Positions 28,196 to 43,107 of a stretch of 64,000 nt of DNA are shown here, piece by piece (within the stretch, counting starts at the first letter, position 1; every line of letters starts with the position of its first letter). The stretch lies in contig NC_068996.1 of the NCBI RefSeq assembly GCF_001194135.2, positions 25,324,925-25,388,924 of the forward strand. Direction: 5' to 3'. The position numbers and the translations under genes were made by a program. Origin of the DNA: Octopus bimaculoides. Lineage: Eukaryota. The notes under the pieces are model-generated. The model worked only from the letters and a program-made list of their open reading frames with translations, was not told the origin of the DNA and did not search any database.

Positions 28196-28420
28196 TAAGG
28201 CAGTGAGCTGGCAGAATCATAATCATGCTGGATGAAATGCATAACAGTATTTTGCCCATCACTGCGTTTTGAGCTCAAATTCTGCTGAGGTCAACTTTGC
28301 CTTTCATCCTTTTGGGGTCACTAAAATATACCAGTTGAACACTGGGGTTGTGAAGCCCGATGTAATTGACTCAACTCCCACCTCAAAAAATTGCACTTGT
28401 GGCAAAATTTGAAACCATTA
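28196..28420 (+). mobile_element. tRNA-derived SINE family A
   Basis: TTAAGGCAGTGAGCTGGCAGAATC ... GGTCAACTTTGCCTTTCATCCTTTTGGGGTC ... TTTGAAACC. Confidence 0.85.
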
Positions 28421-28471
28421 TTATTATCATCATCATAACATCTATGAACACTGTTGAAGTGGTAGTGTTTT

Positions 28472-28673
28472 TTAACCCTTTAACATTCAGATTACTCTGT
28501 CCAATGTAATGTATATTTATTGACATTCTTTTGAATTAATCATGCATTATCTTGTAGTTTTGAGATTCATGATGCGATTGTTTATTTTTACAATGGCATT
28601 GTAGAGTAGATGTGAGAGGCCAGGTAGAATATTTGGGCCTGGATGTGGCCAGTTTAAAAGCTAAATGGGTTAA
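28472..28673. mobile_element. TTAA-flanked MITE (same family as 9973)
   Basis: TTAACCCTTTAACATT ... GCTAAATGGGTTAA, with a shared core. Confidence 0.75.
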
Positions 28674-28779
28674 CTCCTACTTTTAGTAAGTTTATTTTGG
28701 AGAATAAGGCTCTGTCTAATATATATTTTTGATAATACTTCAAATAAGTTAAGCCTTTTCATTTTTGCTTGCTAAACCT

Positions 28780-29050
28780 AAGGGAAAAGCAGTACCCCAT
28801 GACCTTTTGATGTACTTTGAGACTGGTGAGCTTAATCTTATTAATGTCATGTTTAAATAGTTGCAAGAGAGATATGAGCTAGGTAGAGATTCCAGGTGGT
28901 GGATGTTTGGGTGAGGAAGAACTGGGTATAGCGTTTAGTGCGTGACCTAGAGCATTGGACACCAGAAAGGTGATGACTATGGGAGACACAAATGGGTTGG
29001 GAGTGTCTGAGTGGAAAGATACAAGATCAGCTGTTTCCAAGGAACAGAAA
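28780..29050 (-). mobile_element. Old CR1-like LINE 3' fragment
   Basis: The minus strand reads approximately RSRTKRYTQFFLTQTSTTWN ... LQLFKHDINKIKLTSL, resembling CR1-clade RT C-termini; related to 31420 and 41930. Confidence 0.5.
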
Positions 29051-29629
29051 CCTCAATAGTTGCTAATTTATTCTCAAAATAAATATTTAATCTTATGAAA
29101 TAATTAGTAATTAAATTGTCAGAAGAAAGAAAGCTTTTCATTTTACCTCTTATTTTGGTCTAATACTGTTAAATATTTTAAATACTCATGTACAGTATAC
29201 AATTATATATATATTTATGGATAATGTAATGCATTCTTATTAAGAAAAACATATATTCCTTTTCTTTCTGCATATGAAAGTGTGTATATGCATACATAAA
29301 GTGTATGTGCTTGCAAGAAGTGTATATGTGCATTTTTGTTTGTATATCTGGCTATCTATGTGTTTGTATGTGGATATCTATATATGTATGTGATTGTGCA
29401 TGTAGATGTACATATGGATATGTACAAATAGTTAGATAATTAATAAGTAAATATTTACTTTACAACACATATAGAACTGCATTTAGTCAATTGTAGTTTA
29501 ACCTTGACAATAAGCAACTACTTATACTGATTTTTTTTTTTAAGTTCATCTCCACATTTTCCTTCATGCCCCTCCCCCCTCCTCTATCTCATGATTTATT
29601 AAAATACATTCTCTTGCATATAGATTTAA

Positions 29630-29842
<213 letters not shown>

Positions 29843-31419
29843 TAGCTGCTTTATGTAGTGCATGTTCACAAAAGGTAGCATTTCGTCTTTGGCCACTGCT
29901 ACTACTTTTACATTCATTGACTTATCCACACTCATTTCTTTTTCTGTTATCTGTTGTATGGTATTTCTCTTAATAATTTGGCTTACTACTATCTTTTTTA
30001 TCTCTGTCTTCACTCACTCACACACACTTTCTGTAACTCACTCTCTCATAGTCTCACTTACACAATGGCTTCAATATGCTTTCTCCAAATAATTTTAGCA
30101 TGCTACTGAATATTATAGAACAAATTTCATGGTCAATATATCATGGGGGATAAAGAGAAAAATAATAGAAATTCTCTGTTTTTGTTGCTTTCTAAAGGGT
30201 GGAGAATGGACTGTCTTCCATGGAACTGTCGTAGATTTTAATTTATTTTACAAGGGTTGAGTGAACCTAGCTTGGTTTTGTAGTCACAATGTTGTGTAGC
30301 ACTGTTTACACTAACATTGGCAAATACTCTGTGGTTTTGTTGGTGATTTGGTCACTTGGAATGGTATAGTTATAAAGAGCCATGCACAAGAGAAGAAAGG
30401 TGAGGGTATTATAGAACAAGCAAGTTTTGAACTACCTTAATTGTAACAAAATGTAGGACTTTGACACAACAGTTGGTTGCAATTTATGATGAGGTTTCTT
30501 TTGCTAGCTGCTGCTGCTTTTTGGATATGATACAATTCTGTGATGATAGAAATTAGAAGACTGAAAAGTGTTGGTATTCCCTAAACTTGTGTTGTAGAAG
30601 CGAACAGTATTATCTTGATTAATGAAATTTGCATATAATCTATATATATTATATGTAGATTATTTATATGATAATAATATTAGTACTAATAGATGACAAG
30701 CATTGGATAAAATGCTTAGTGGCAGTTCTTCAAGCTCTCTGTTTGGAGTTCAAATCTCACGAAAGTCAACCTAGCCTGAAATCCTTTTGGAGTTGATAAA
30801 AGTAAGTACCAGTCAAGTACTAAAATTGTTGTCCTTGTTCCAAAATTTGCCTTTCATTCATGAGGTCAATAAAATAAAGTACCAATCAAGTACATGAATT
30901 AATATAAAACTATGGTTATGTTTCATTTGTTAGCAAGATGATTTTAATGCCATAATAGTTACTGCAAGGGGCAATGCATCAGTTTACTCAGCCAATATAA
31001 TTTAGCAAAATTACTTCTTCTGTAGATTGGAAATTATTTAGATAAATACTTCTTGGATGACTAGTGTAAATATATTAAGTTAATTTTAAATATCTTCAAA
31101 TTTTGATTACTATATTTCAAGGATGAAATTTGCTTTATGTGAACATCACTTGTATTCTTACATTCTTATCAACACACAATTTTATAGCACTTATTTTGAA
31201 TTAGAATAGTTAGCGTATATATTAATCCATTTACCTCATTTCATTTAAAATGTTAGGTGACATTTTAAGTTACTAGTAAGAGAGTTTTTACTTATTTATA
31301 AGAAAAGAATAATGAACATGAAGTGCATTGGAGATGGTTTAGAGAGTACTAAGAATATAAACTAAATATTGAGTATTAAATTTACTTTTTAATAGTTTGG
31401 GATTATATTTGTGGTTTTT

Positions 31420-31620
31420 GCAGATGTTTAGAGACTGGTGAGATCAACATGGTTGATGTTCTTCAAAAACTGAAAGTTAATGGCTGCAAGGGGGTGGGTA
31501 GAACAGGGATTGGAAGGGAATTCCAGTGATGAGTTTGGCTTTCTGGGAAGAAAAAGACAACAGAATCACCACCAGTAATATTTTAGGGTTGGTGGAGGTG
31601 CTTTTACTCACATTAATAAA
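31420..31620 (-). mobile_element. Old CR1-like LINE 3' fragment
   Basis: The minus strand reads FFFPESQTHHWNSLPIPVLP, then after a frameshift INFQFLKNINHVDLTSL*; WNSLP is typical of CR1-clade RT C-termini. Confidence 0.55.
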
Positions 31621-32574
31621 ATGATCTGATTTTGGTAAAAATAGTTTTCTGGAATGTATGGTTGATAAATGTTAAATGAAATTGAATTCATTTTGAGGTA
31701 TCTTAGGTTTAAAATGTAGTAAATATTTTTCAAACTGTTTTGTAATGGTCTATCAGTAATAGTTTCATACAACATTTTTCAGTAGGAATATCAAAGATAT
31801 CCTGCTTATACTTGCAAAACCTGATTATAACCATTTAATGTATTTAAAATTTAAGATGCTAAAATGTGACCTAAAACATGTAGTTACTCTCTGACTATTC
31901 AGGAGTATCAGTAAATGGCAAGTGAAATGTTTAGTATGTTTGCCTTCTTTCATCCTTATGGAGTTTAAATAAAATAGAAACTAGTAATACATTAGGTGCT
32001 GATTCCTTTGACTATCTCCTTCCATTTACAAGAATTTGGTTTTAAGCTTAGTCTAAAGAAAATAACTTGTCTGCTGGAATCAAAAGTAGAACTCAGGTTT
32101 CTGTATTTATGTTTTGTTTTTCTGTGTGTGTATTTTTCTTTTAAAAGCTAAACATTTTTTTTCTGTCTCGGAATTTGCTTTTAATTTATTTAAACTTGCA
32201 CCAAAGCTTATGGATTATTCTTTGTTTGTGATTTTTGATTTTTATGATTTTTATAAAATATTGCTGTCTCTATATTTTATGTTGTTGAAAATAGGTGATT
32301 TCTAGTAGTGCTAGTTCTATACTTTCTGCAACAATTGAACTCTTTTTAAATAATTAATACTGCTCTGATGAGGAAGAGGAAATTTGAAAGGAAGTAACTT
32401 AATAACTTGTTCTTGGTTAATGTGACTTGTATTTCATATTTTTTTTTAGTGATCTTTAATAATAGACATTTTTTATTTGCATGTTGCCTCTTAAATATAT
32501 ATGTGTATGTATATACATTTATATGTATTTATATTTGGTGTGTTTATATGTTTTTCATGATATCTTCGTTTCTT

Positions 32575-32759
32575 TTAACCCTTTAGCATTCAAATTATTT
32601 TGTCAAATGTAATGCTTATTTATTCACATTGTTTTGAATTAATCATGCATTATCTCATAGACTTGAGATTTTGATGATGTGATTGTATATTTTTAGAATC
32701 ACATTGTAGGGATAGGTGTAAGAGGCTAGATATGGCTGGTTTAAATGCTAAAGGGTTAA
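32575..32759. mobile_element. TTAA-flanked MITE with perfect 16-bp inverted termini
   Basis: TTAACCCTTTAGCATT ... AATGCTAAAGGGTTAA. Confidence 0.8.
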
Positions 32760-32998
32760 ACAATATTTGCTTTAATAGAATCTTTTTTTTTTGCTTTCTT
32801 TTTGCTCAGTATTTAATATGCTTTTTTACTCTAGACTAAAACATACTTCTTCCATTAAACCTTGAATTACCAGTTTTTTTAAAATTCAATACCACTGTAC
32901 AGTGCTTTGAATGTTTTGTATCATAGCCTCACATTCACCAATACCATGTGATTAGAATTTTGTGGATGGAAACTGAATGGAAGCTTGTTGTAGTTACA

Positions 32999-33043
<45 letters not shown>

Positions 33044-33572
33044 TTGTGTGCGCGTTTATGTAAACAAAGATATGTTGTTTCATAAGGCATTATTGGTGTT
33101 CTGTTAAAAAGCATAACTTTGTCATTCTGCATATATAAATAGATCAAATAAAATATATATCAGGCAGTAATAAACACACACACACAGACACACATATATT
33201 TGATTAAACTATTGAAGGCTGCACTACAGAATGGCTACATACCATTCGACTGAAACTAATAAAAGAATATATGTATTTTTATCAGATACTTACACTTCTA
33301 TAAATCTGTGCTTTCTTGTATAACTAAGAATCTCTCTGTTTCACACTATATACATGTACAATTAAAAACAGAGCCACATTGTTATTTATATGTAATGTTT
33401 TTCGATAATAATGTCTATATCTCTCCATACTGATCTAGTTTCACAGTGCCTACAAAATACTCTTTTTTTGGTCATCTATATGTTTTCATTGTGGAGGTGC
33501 ATATACTGTAGTTAGCTTCCATTGATTACCCCATCACATCCATATCAATGTTATCATCCTCTTCCTGTAAAT

Positions 33573-34800
33573 CATCATCATCATTTAACGTCAGCTTTCC
33601 ATGCTGGCATGGGTTGGACGGTTTGACTGAGGACTGGTTAGCCATAAGACTGCACCAAGCTCCAATCTGATTTGGCAAAGTTTCTACAGCTGGATGCCCT
33701 TCCTAACGCCAACCACTCCAGGAGTGTAGTGGGTGCTTTTACGTGCCACCGGCATGAGGACCAGTCAGACGGTTCTGGCAATGACCATGCTCAAAAGGTG
33801 TTTTTTACATGACACCTGCACAGGAGCCAGTCCGGCAGCACTGGCAACAACCTCACTTGAATGTTGTTTTTCACATGCCACCGGCACGTGCCAGTAAGGC
33901 AATGCTGGCAACAATCACGCCCAAAAGGTGCTTTTTACGTGCCACCGGCATGGGAGCCAATCAGCGGCCCTGGCAACGATCATGCTTGGATGGTGCTTTT
34001 AACATTTCACTGGCACGAATGCCAATCAGGCAGTACTGTCATCGGCCGCGTCAGCAATTTTGATTTTGATTTCACTTGCCTCAATGGGTCTTCACAAGCA
34101 AAGTTTATTATCCAATGAATGAGGGGTACTCATAAGTGGGCTGGTTACACCCACTAGCATAGGCCATGGGTGATGGTCTCACTTGGCTTGTCGGGTCTTT
34201 TCAAGCACAGCATATCTCCAAAGGTCTCGGTCACTAGTCATTGCCTCAGTAAGGCCCAATGTTTAAAAGTCGTGCTTCAGCACTCATCCCAGGTGTTCCT
34301 GGGTCTACCTCTCCCACAGGTTCCCTCAACTGCTAGGGTGTGACACTTTTTCACACAGCTGTCCTCATTCATTCGCAACATATGACCATACCAGNNNNNN
34401 NNNNTGTCCTCATTCATTCGCAACATATGACCATACCAGCACAGTCATCTCTCTTGCACACCACATCTGATGCTTCTTAGGTCCAACTTTTCTCTCAGGG
34501 TGATTACACTCTGTCGTGTATGCACACAGACATTACACATCCAGCGAAGCATACTGGCTTCATTCCTTGCAAGCTTATGCATGTCCTCAGCAGCCACAGC
34601 CCATGTTTCACTGCCATGTAGCATGGCTGTTCATAAGGCAGCTACACTTTCAGAATATCCACCCCTGCTACTGACTTGGTGCTCTAGGTAACGGAAGCTA
34701 TGAACTACTTGTAGTTTTTCTCCCTGGAATGTGACAGAAGCTGTTCTCTTCACATTTTCAGTGTTTATAGCACCTGAGCATCTGCCAAATACAGAAACTA
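33573..34800 (-). mobile_element. 5'-truncated RTE-clade LINE (RT C-terminus, subrepeat-rich 3' UTR, trinucleotide tail)
   Basis: The minus strand reads AMLHGSETWAVAAEDMHKLARNEASMLRWMC ... WYGHMLRMNEDSCVKKCHTLAVEGTCGRGRPRNTWDE; (CAT)n tail at about 33573-33583. Confidence 0.9.
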
Positions 34801-35770
34801 TCTTCCCAGTTAGCCTTCCTTTGATCTGAGACTCTGTGATAATTTAATAGTAAGCCATACTTGACTTATACTTCTTCAGTCTTACATTCATTATCATATA
34901 TTTCATTGCCATGTATTGGACGCTATCTTATTTTGTTCTATTCATATAACAATAAGAACTTTCATTGGATAGTTGCTCTCTCAACCTCTTCCTCAGCCAC
35001 TTCTTCTACTCCCATATTTCCACTATTGCAGTATGTCCTTTGCTTAAATAAAACCTTGTCTTCTATAATTGTTTTGTAATTTTAGCTGTTCCAGTACATA
35101 TTAAGTTCTATTTTGTGGTCAGTCTGTTTGTGATTCCTCTGTGCATAATTGTACTATATACTTGTGTATGTGTGTGTACCCATCTGTTATTTACAATAAT
35201 AGATATGAAATGTTGGTTTCCTTCTTTACAACATATCGAGTTAAATCACATTTAACTGATTGTTAAATCTTTGCTCTGTAGTCGCACCTTATTTGCTTTG
35301 CTAGTCTTAAAGCAACCTTTCAAAATTGAAATATTTTTACAGTTCTTCAGTAAATTAGCCATTGGTTGTTTTGGTATCAAGTAGGGAATGAAGACTACAG
35401 ATAGAATCATCTGTTCCTGACTTTACTTTTGAGTCGGAAAGAAAGCCATCCACGGAGAAAATGTTACACCACTGGACAAACAGGGACATGCATTTATGCA
35501 TGCCCAAAATGTGTGTGCTTGTCATTTCACTTACAAGTACTGCTTAAATGTGTTGTCATTGTGTACACCAGTTAATTAGTTAACTTAAGATATTTATTTA
35601 ATTACTTTTAAACATTATGATGACAGTGCTTATATACCCTGCTATGATACTATCTAACAGGTAACTGATATATAGCTCCTTTAACATCAACCTAAACTCT
35701 AATTTGGGCCTATGTTTGCTCAATTCACTAAACAGCATTGTTTCTAAGATGGGTATTATGGAGATTCTGA

Positions 35771-35980
35771 ATCACCATCTTCTAGAATGGATGTTTACTT
35801 AGCTTCTTAAAAGCCATTGTCTAGAATGGATGTTTGCTTAGCTTCCTATACACCATTGTCTTGAATTATTGTTTATTGAACTCCTTAAACATCATTGTCT
35901 AAAATGGTTGTTTACTGAGGTCCTTAAACATTTTCTAGGATGAGTGTTTGCCTTCATCCCTAAACACTATTGTCTAGAAA
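35771..35980. repeat. Degenerate minisatellite, about 38-bp unit (CCATTGTCTAGAATGGATGTTT...), roughly 6 copies
   Basis: Repeated CATTGTCT/TAGAATGG...GTTT units visible directly. Confidence 0.75.
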
Positions 35981-37960
35981 GCATCTGTAACTCCATTAGC
36001 TCATAAGAACCTGTTGCATTTGCAAACGTTACAACAAAAGTGCTAATATATCCAGCTCTGACTGTGTCAAGTAAAAACATACATACATATAAGCCTCCCT
36101 CTCTCTATTGACATATATTTATATACTTATATGGATACATATTTCTTTGCACTCATACACAAACATCCATTAACACATACGTATACGCATACATCTTGAC
36201 ATGCTTAATACATCAACTTTTTGGGATATTTCCTTGCTGATACAATGCAATTACATATTGAAAAAGAGTGAGAGAGGATGAAATAGTAAGAAAGAGAGGA
36301 AGAGAATGTAAAAATTGTAAACAAATGTCTTTTTCTTTCTCACTGGACAGAAAAAAATAGACATACATTAAATATCACCGTATACAGTATTCCTTATGTG
36401 CTACTTATGCTAATGCCAAGATAGCATATTTACACTATAAATTTGTCATATCTGTTAAATCTATTGCAAATATGTTCCTCTCCTCTAACTTTTCCTTTCC
36501 CTCATCACTCCACCTAGAATTATCAGCCACTCTTTCTTCTTTTACCTGAGTTATAGGGGCCACTTTGGGCCCTTAATCTTGCAAATTGCAAGGCAGTTTT
36601 TACTAGTGCTGGTGCCACAAAAAATCTAACAACAAAACACTCGGTAAATTCTTTAAAGTGGTTGGTAAATGACGTATTTGTTGAAGTATGATGAACTCCT
36701 TTGTATCATCAGATCATGTCAAACTGTCCAACTCATGTCAGCATGGAAGATAAGCATGACGATGATTTTCCACTATTACCTATAATGTAATGTAATAAAA
36801 TAGCATTTGTCATTGTGTACGAATCATGCATTGACAGTCAACAAACAACTCAAAATATCTGTTTAATGAGTTCAACCCATAACTTATAGCTTTTAAAAAA
36901 AATGTAGCATTTTCCAGTGTCTTTAATTTCAATCATTTCTCTTTTAATATGCATGTACATGATCTAAATCCATTATACAGAAATCTTTATAATTCACTAC
37001 TGGGCTGCTGTTGCTCTGATGCAGTCAAAGTACTGCTAGCCGAATGAGTGCATTTTAGTTAAACAAATTATGACCCTGTAAATGTAATCTTGAAATTATT
37101 CCACAAAATAGTATGTCATCAAATAATAAGCCACAGCTTCTTGATATAATCCACACACCACATTATAATCAACTTTGTTTTAAATTTTACTATCACTACT
37201 ATTATTTTTATAATTTGAACTTTGCACTTCCATTCTCAAACACATCTCTATTTCTTTGTAACAGTGACTAAGACCTACTTTTGCATGATGGTAATTATGC
37301 CAGCTGACTCAATGAATCTGTGTATCTAAAAAATTTATTCATTCATTCATTTTCAATAATTTCACAATAAAAATTCTTAGTTTTTTTTCTTTTACTTTGT
37401 TTAATGCGCAAAGCAGTAAATGTTTAGCATAATCATATCTAAGTTAATAGGAACAGCCAGCATAGGTAATTCTGTTGGGAAAAAATGTAAAGAATTCCTC
37501 GGATAGCAAATTTTGTATTTAATATATATACTTTTGCATGATCTCAGTTGTAATTTATCTCAGCTTTGCAGTACTGCATAGAGAAAAATTCAATTTTCTA
37601 ATAAAATTTCTCGAGACACAAATAGGTCACAGTCACCTATTTTAAAGTACGTTTCTTATCAATGTATTTTTCGTTTTTATAGATTCGTTTGCAGTGCTAT
37701 ATATAACTATTTTAATCTTATTAACATGAAAATTTATTTATTTTAATTTTACTATCACAATTAAAAATTTTATTCATACTCACCTTTTTCAACTGACTTT
37801 TGAAAATGACAGCTTAATTAGTATGATTATATTATCAGATGTTAAATTTCAAATGATGGAAAGTTATCAATTAGCTAATTTCATTAGATATATTTAATTA
37901 TTATATTTATGTTGAACAAAATATTAAAAATATTTTCAAATTTTTTAATTACTATCTTAA

Positions 37961-38083
<123 letters not shown>

Positions 38084-38297
38084 TAAAAAACGTTTTCCTC
38101 TTTTCTTTTAAAGTAGTTTTCTATTTTCCACACAATCTATTGAAATATTTTAGTACAGATTGAAAATAGATATTTCAAGTTTTAAAATATTTTATTAAAG
38201 TTTTGTGTATGTCGAAGATATTTTCATTTGCATTAATTTGTTCTTTTACTTATTTGCATAATGGAAAATTACTTATTCAGTAAAAATTGTTGTTTAA

Positions 38298-38552
<255 letters not shown>

Positions 38553-39472
38553 TAATCATTGACTTTCCATTATCCAGTCATAATATTACCATTTCATAAT
38601 TTATTCGAACTAGTGATCGTTCTTAGATAACAGTAATTAAAACGGTATACCAAACAACTGTTAGGTTAATATTCTTATTTAGTATACATAAAATTTGTTT
38701 CATACTATTATTTATGATATTCTTAGGTGTGTGCTGAATTTTTTTATTTTTATGAGTATTAAAGGTAAATCTAGAGGGAAAAAATTGTAGGCATTTTGCT
38801 GATGTAATTTTTCCTTTTTTTTACATTTTACATGTTACATAATGTATTGTCAAGTTGTAAGCTATTGAAAATATTTTATTACATTAGCTATTATTTATAT
38901 TTACATAAAATTTAACCCCACCCCTTATTTATTTATTTATTTATTCTTTTGTAAGAATGTACAAAGATAGCAACAGGCATGGGTATGTGGTCACTTTGTT
39001 ACCACATAGTTTTAGATAGAATTCCACATTGCACTAAATTTTGGGCCGGTGCCTTCCCAGTACAAGCTTTGCCCTCTGAATGAATTTCAGAAGGAAAATG
39101 TGACCAGCTATGTTAGCATGGAAAATGAACATTAAACAAACAAATAATTTTTATAGTAACTAATTCTTGACAATGAAACATTAATAGCATAATTTTTCAT
39201 CTTTCATCAGTATTATGAATTTTTGCTTGATAGACTGATTCATCTACAAATACCATCTGATTCTGGACTGATAGTTTTATTTTCTTTGGTGAATAATATA
39301 AAATGCAAAGGGGGTTAACACTACATGTAGACAGTGGTAGTTATTGTACTATCCCGTTGTTTTATGATTAGCCTTTGAAATAATATTTTACAAAATTATT
39401 TAAAAATCATAATAGTAAACTTTGTTTTATATTTTTAGTGAAATTTTGTATTGGTTATGTTTTGTTTTATAG

Positions 39473-39595
<123 letters not shown>

Positions 39596-41222
39596 TGACT
39601 TCATTGAGTGTTGAATACTTTTTCTAAAATTTTTGCAATCCGAATCACTTTAACCCTTTATCTCTCAGTTTACTCAGTCTAATGCAATACTTATTTATTC
39701 ACATTGTTTTAAATTAATCATCAAGATTTTAATGCTGTGATCATGTAAGAATATTGGGGAAAAAAACCTGTGGATGAGAAAGGGATTGAGATGATGTGGG
39801 TTCAAGTGTCATGTGCAACCTTTGACTTTTTCCATCCAAATGTTTAGCCCAGTATTCTGCATTCTGTTAATTATAACTTTTTCTACTTTGAGTTCCACTG
39901 TTTAAAATATGATATTCCTTTATGTTCAAATTCCACTTAAGTCATCTGTGCCTTTCAATTTCCTTTCCAAGACTTGTTAGATAAATTAAACCACTTTATC
40001 ATAGGTCACAGTCCAGTGACTGAAACATGTAAAGGAAAATGAAATACTCTGTTGTTTAATAACAATTGTATATTTCTGAAAAAAAAAACAAAAAAACTGA
40101 TTGACTCATAAAACATTTTGTCATTGTTAATTAATTAAAGTTGCCAAAACATCATCCATTAGGATCAAAATGTTTTTAGTTTCTTTTTCTTCCTCTACGA
40201 GTTGAGTGAACTGATTATTTCCCTGCACAATTTAGCATAGTTAGAATGTAAAGATTATTTAAGCTGGTGAAACTGTGAGTTTTTACCTTTTTTTTAACAA
40301 ATACTAAGATTACCTGTAAAATATCAGATAAACTTTGGAAAACTGCCATAATGTATGAATTGAATTATCTAAAAATAGCATAGTTATACTTATATCTGAA
40401 GAAATGTATTGAAGCATATTGTAATTTCAAGTGAAAGATGATGCACTTGAGGAAATTAATGTTATTGCAGTATAATATTTTGTCCTTAGAAATGAAAGTT
40501 TGAAAAATGTTTGCTTTTAGATCTTACCAATATTTCATTAAAATTCTTCAGTGTGGTAGTAGTAAACAATTGAGTATTCTAGGTATTTTTTTAAAATTAG
40601 TTTAATTGTATCAAGTTCTTAAATTCTCTGCTTTTAAAACACTTATTATTGTAGCCATACTTTCCTCTGCTTAGGAAGAAGAAAAGTAGTTCTGAAGAAC
40701 CAAACCCTTGAGACTACTTCTGGTTGTATTGATACCAGATCTAAATTAAAACTTTACATCAAAATTACATGTTGATTAATTTTCCAAGCACCAGCTTAAT
40801 AATGACAATTCTTTATTATTTTCTAATTTATTTGACATGAAGACAGTGTACTTCAACAAAAACTAAAGGTTTAAAGTGATCCCAATTAAAACTTCCCTTT
40901 AAAATTTTATGTTAATTTATATTCCAAATTCCAGATTAATAATGTAAAGTTATTTTACTAAACTCTTCATTATTCTCAACATTAATTGAAATAAAGGCAT
41001 TATATTTCAGTATGGTAATAAAAGGGTTAAACAACAATAAAAACAGGCATAGCTCCTAAATTAAGACTTGCTCCATGCACTTGCTTACTTTCTTGTAGAG
41101 ATTTAATGTTCACAAGAATATGTCATCTTTTAAAGGTATACACTTAATTCTGTTAAATAATCAAGTACTAGATTAAAAAATTTGTTTTTTTTTATTTAAA
41201 AAAAAAAACTTTAAAAACCTGA

Positions 41223-41432
<210 letters not shown>

Positions 41433-41489
41433 TGAAACTTCATACAGAACCAAAATAATCAAGATCTCTCTCTCTCTCTCTCTCTCTCA

Positions 41490-41530
<41 letters not shown>

Positions 41531-41680
41531 GCTTCTGCTCTCCACAAAGACACAAAGCATACACCTACTCAACACTGATCTGACAAGTAATTCAGGGTCC
41601 CTTTGCATGTATATGCAAAGGAATGGCAAAATAATAATGAGAACATTTTTTTTTCTGGTGATTTAATTGTATCTTTTCAG

Positions 41681-41730
41681 ATGATAATAAACCAATTTGG
41701 ATGCAGGCTGAAGAAAGAGAGGAAAACAAG
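41681..41730 (+). CDS. Klc: KLC exon 11 ((D)DNKPIWMQAEEREENK), TPR5-6 linker
   Basis: Acceptor TCTTTTCAG and donor AAG|GTTGGT; 50 nt, phase 1 to 0; conserved NKPIWMxAEEREE motif. Confidence 0.96.
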
Positions 41731-41924
41731 GTTGGTTCTGCTTTTTCTTATTCCAACTAATGTTACATGCAATTGTAATTTGAATAACAATTTAGTGAGG
41801 TATATCTATATCTATAAAAGATATATATATATATATATATTACAATCCAAGTTCTTAGAATTCAGCTAGAAATTCAATCAAATAAAGCTCTTTATATTCA
41901 GAGCTGATATACTATGTTCGTTTT

Positions 41925-42280
41925 TTTTTTTTTTCCTTTTGACTTACAGAGTCTGGGGAAAGGGGTAGTACCTGTGGCCCTAATGGAGGTTAATGCTGTT
42001 AATGATCTTAAACTCTTGTAAGTTTACATCTACAGAAAAGCTGGGATGGAATTTTGGAGTGGGGTGTGGAGAAGACATGTTGGAAAAGAAGGACTGGGTC
42101 TAGTAGTTAGCACTAAGTGTTGGGTGCTGAACATAACAAAAGTGATAAGAGGAAAGGAGATGAGTGTGGTAGGAACACCTGAAAGATGGCATGAGCCTAG
42201 CTAGCACTGAAGAATAAAGGCCATTATATTAGTGGTAGAAGAGACAGAAGATAATGTGCTGGAGTGTGTCTGAGTGATTT
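41925..42280 (-). mobile_element. Old CR1-like LINE 3' fragment with poly(A) remnant (poly-T on the + strand)
   Basis: The minus strand reads QSFFSNMS ... FSVDVNLQEFKIINSINLH*, followed by an A-run; similar to 28780 and 31420. Confidence 0.55.
41950..42017 (+). CDS. Candidate alternative 68-nt exon (SLGKGVVPVALMEVNAVNDLKL + TT) from the antisense 3' end of a CR1-like LINE
   Basis: T-rich tract plus GACTTACAG acceptor and donor TT|GTAAGT. Same length and phases (0 to 2) as exon 12 and open in frame, but no homology to exon 12. Confidence 0.35.
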
Positions 42281-43107
42281 TGTGCTGATCATTTTTATTG
42301 CCAATTTCCCCGAAGTTTAATTTGTTACTCAATGATTGGTTTTTATCACTGTTTTATGTTAGCAGTTACCTTACTAAGTGATTTCTATGATAATTTCATT
42401 TATCCATTATGTTATGTTGTTATGGTTACTTGTGTGCATTGCTATACATACATATAATAATATTGTTAGCAGTCTGGTGGGCATTACTTCACTGAAGAGG
42501 CTTCATAAGGCTAAACATTGTTTTGTTGTTACTGTCATTACTAAAGATAAGTTTAATTTAATATTAGTCATTGATCTAATTAAAAAAAAAATTTTAATCC
42601 AATTTGATTGAGCTTTAGAGTTGTCGCCCCTGTTTACAGCAAGCGGATTTCAATATTAGCCAGAGACTCTTGATTACTTAAAATTTCTTTGCTATCCACA
42701 TTGATTTGGCAATTATTCATAGTCAGATTTTTACAATTATAACTTTACTTTTTGAAGTATAATAATAATAATGAAAAACTAATTACTACAGGACTAAGGC
42801 TATCCTGAAAAAGGGTACCAGTACTATTTCAGTGTTCAACAGCCATAAATGCACTTCACTTTTCATGTGGTTTAAATGACACATACACATGTGGTTTAAA
42901 TGACACATACTCATACACATCATATACCAATAGCATTAAGTATGAGAAGTTCTTTTTGCATATAAGTTTTATTGTCTTTCCCAAAAAGAAATGTTGTATA
43001 ATGACTATCTAGTGTGTTGAAAACTATGAGAATTTCTTTTGACTTATCAGAATAATTATATTTATAATTATGCTCTTGATTGTATTTTTGAATGCTTTAA
43101 TTTTCAG

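Noticed and set aside
29968-29990. LNNLA-encoding stretch resembling exon 7
   Set aside because: No acceptor in phase and no further TPR similarity; a chance match in AT-rich DNA.
31424-31493. Open 70-nt phase 2 to 0 segment that could replace exon 6
   Set aside because: It lies in an antisense CR1 fragment, has no TPR similarity and a mediocre donor, and would break the TPR register.
33800-34030. Spaced GTGCTTTT..TGCCACCGGCA repeats as a CRISPR-like array
   Set aside because: Eukaryotic context; these are internal subrepeats of the LINE 3' UTR with related spacers.
34360-34439. 35-nt duplication on both sides of a 10-N gap inside the RTE element
   Set aside because: Assembly overlap, not a target-site duplication.
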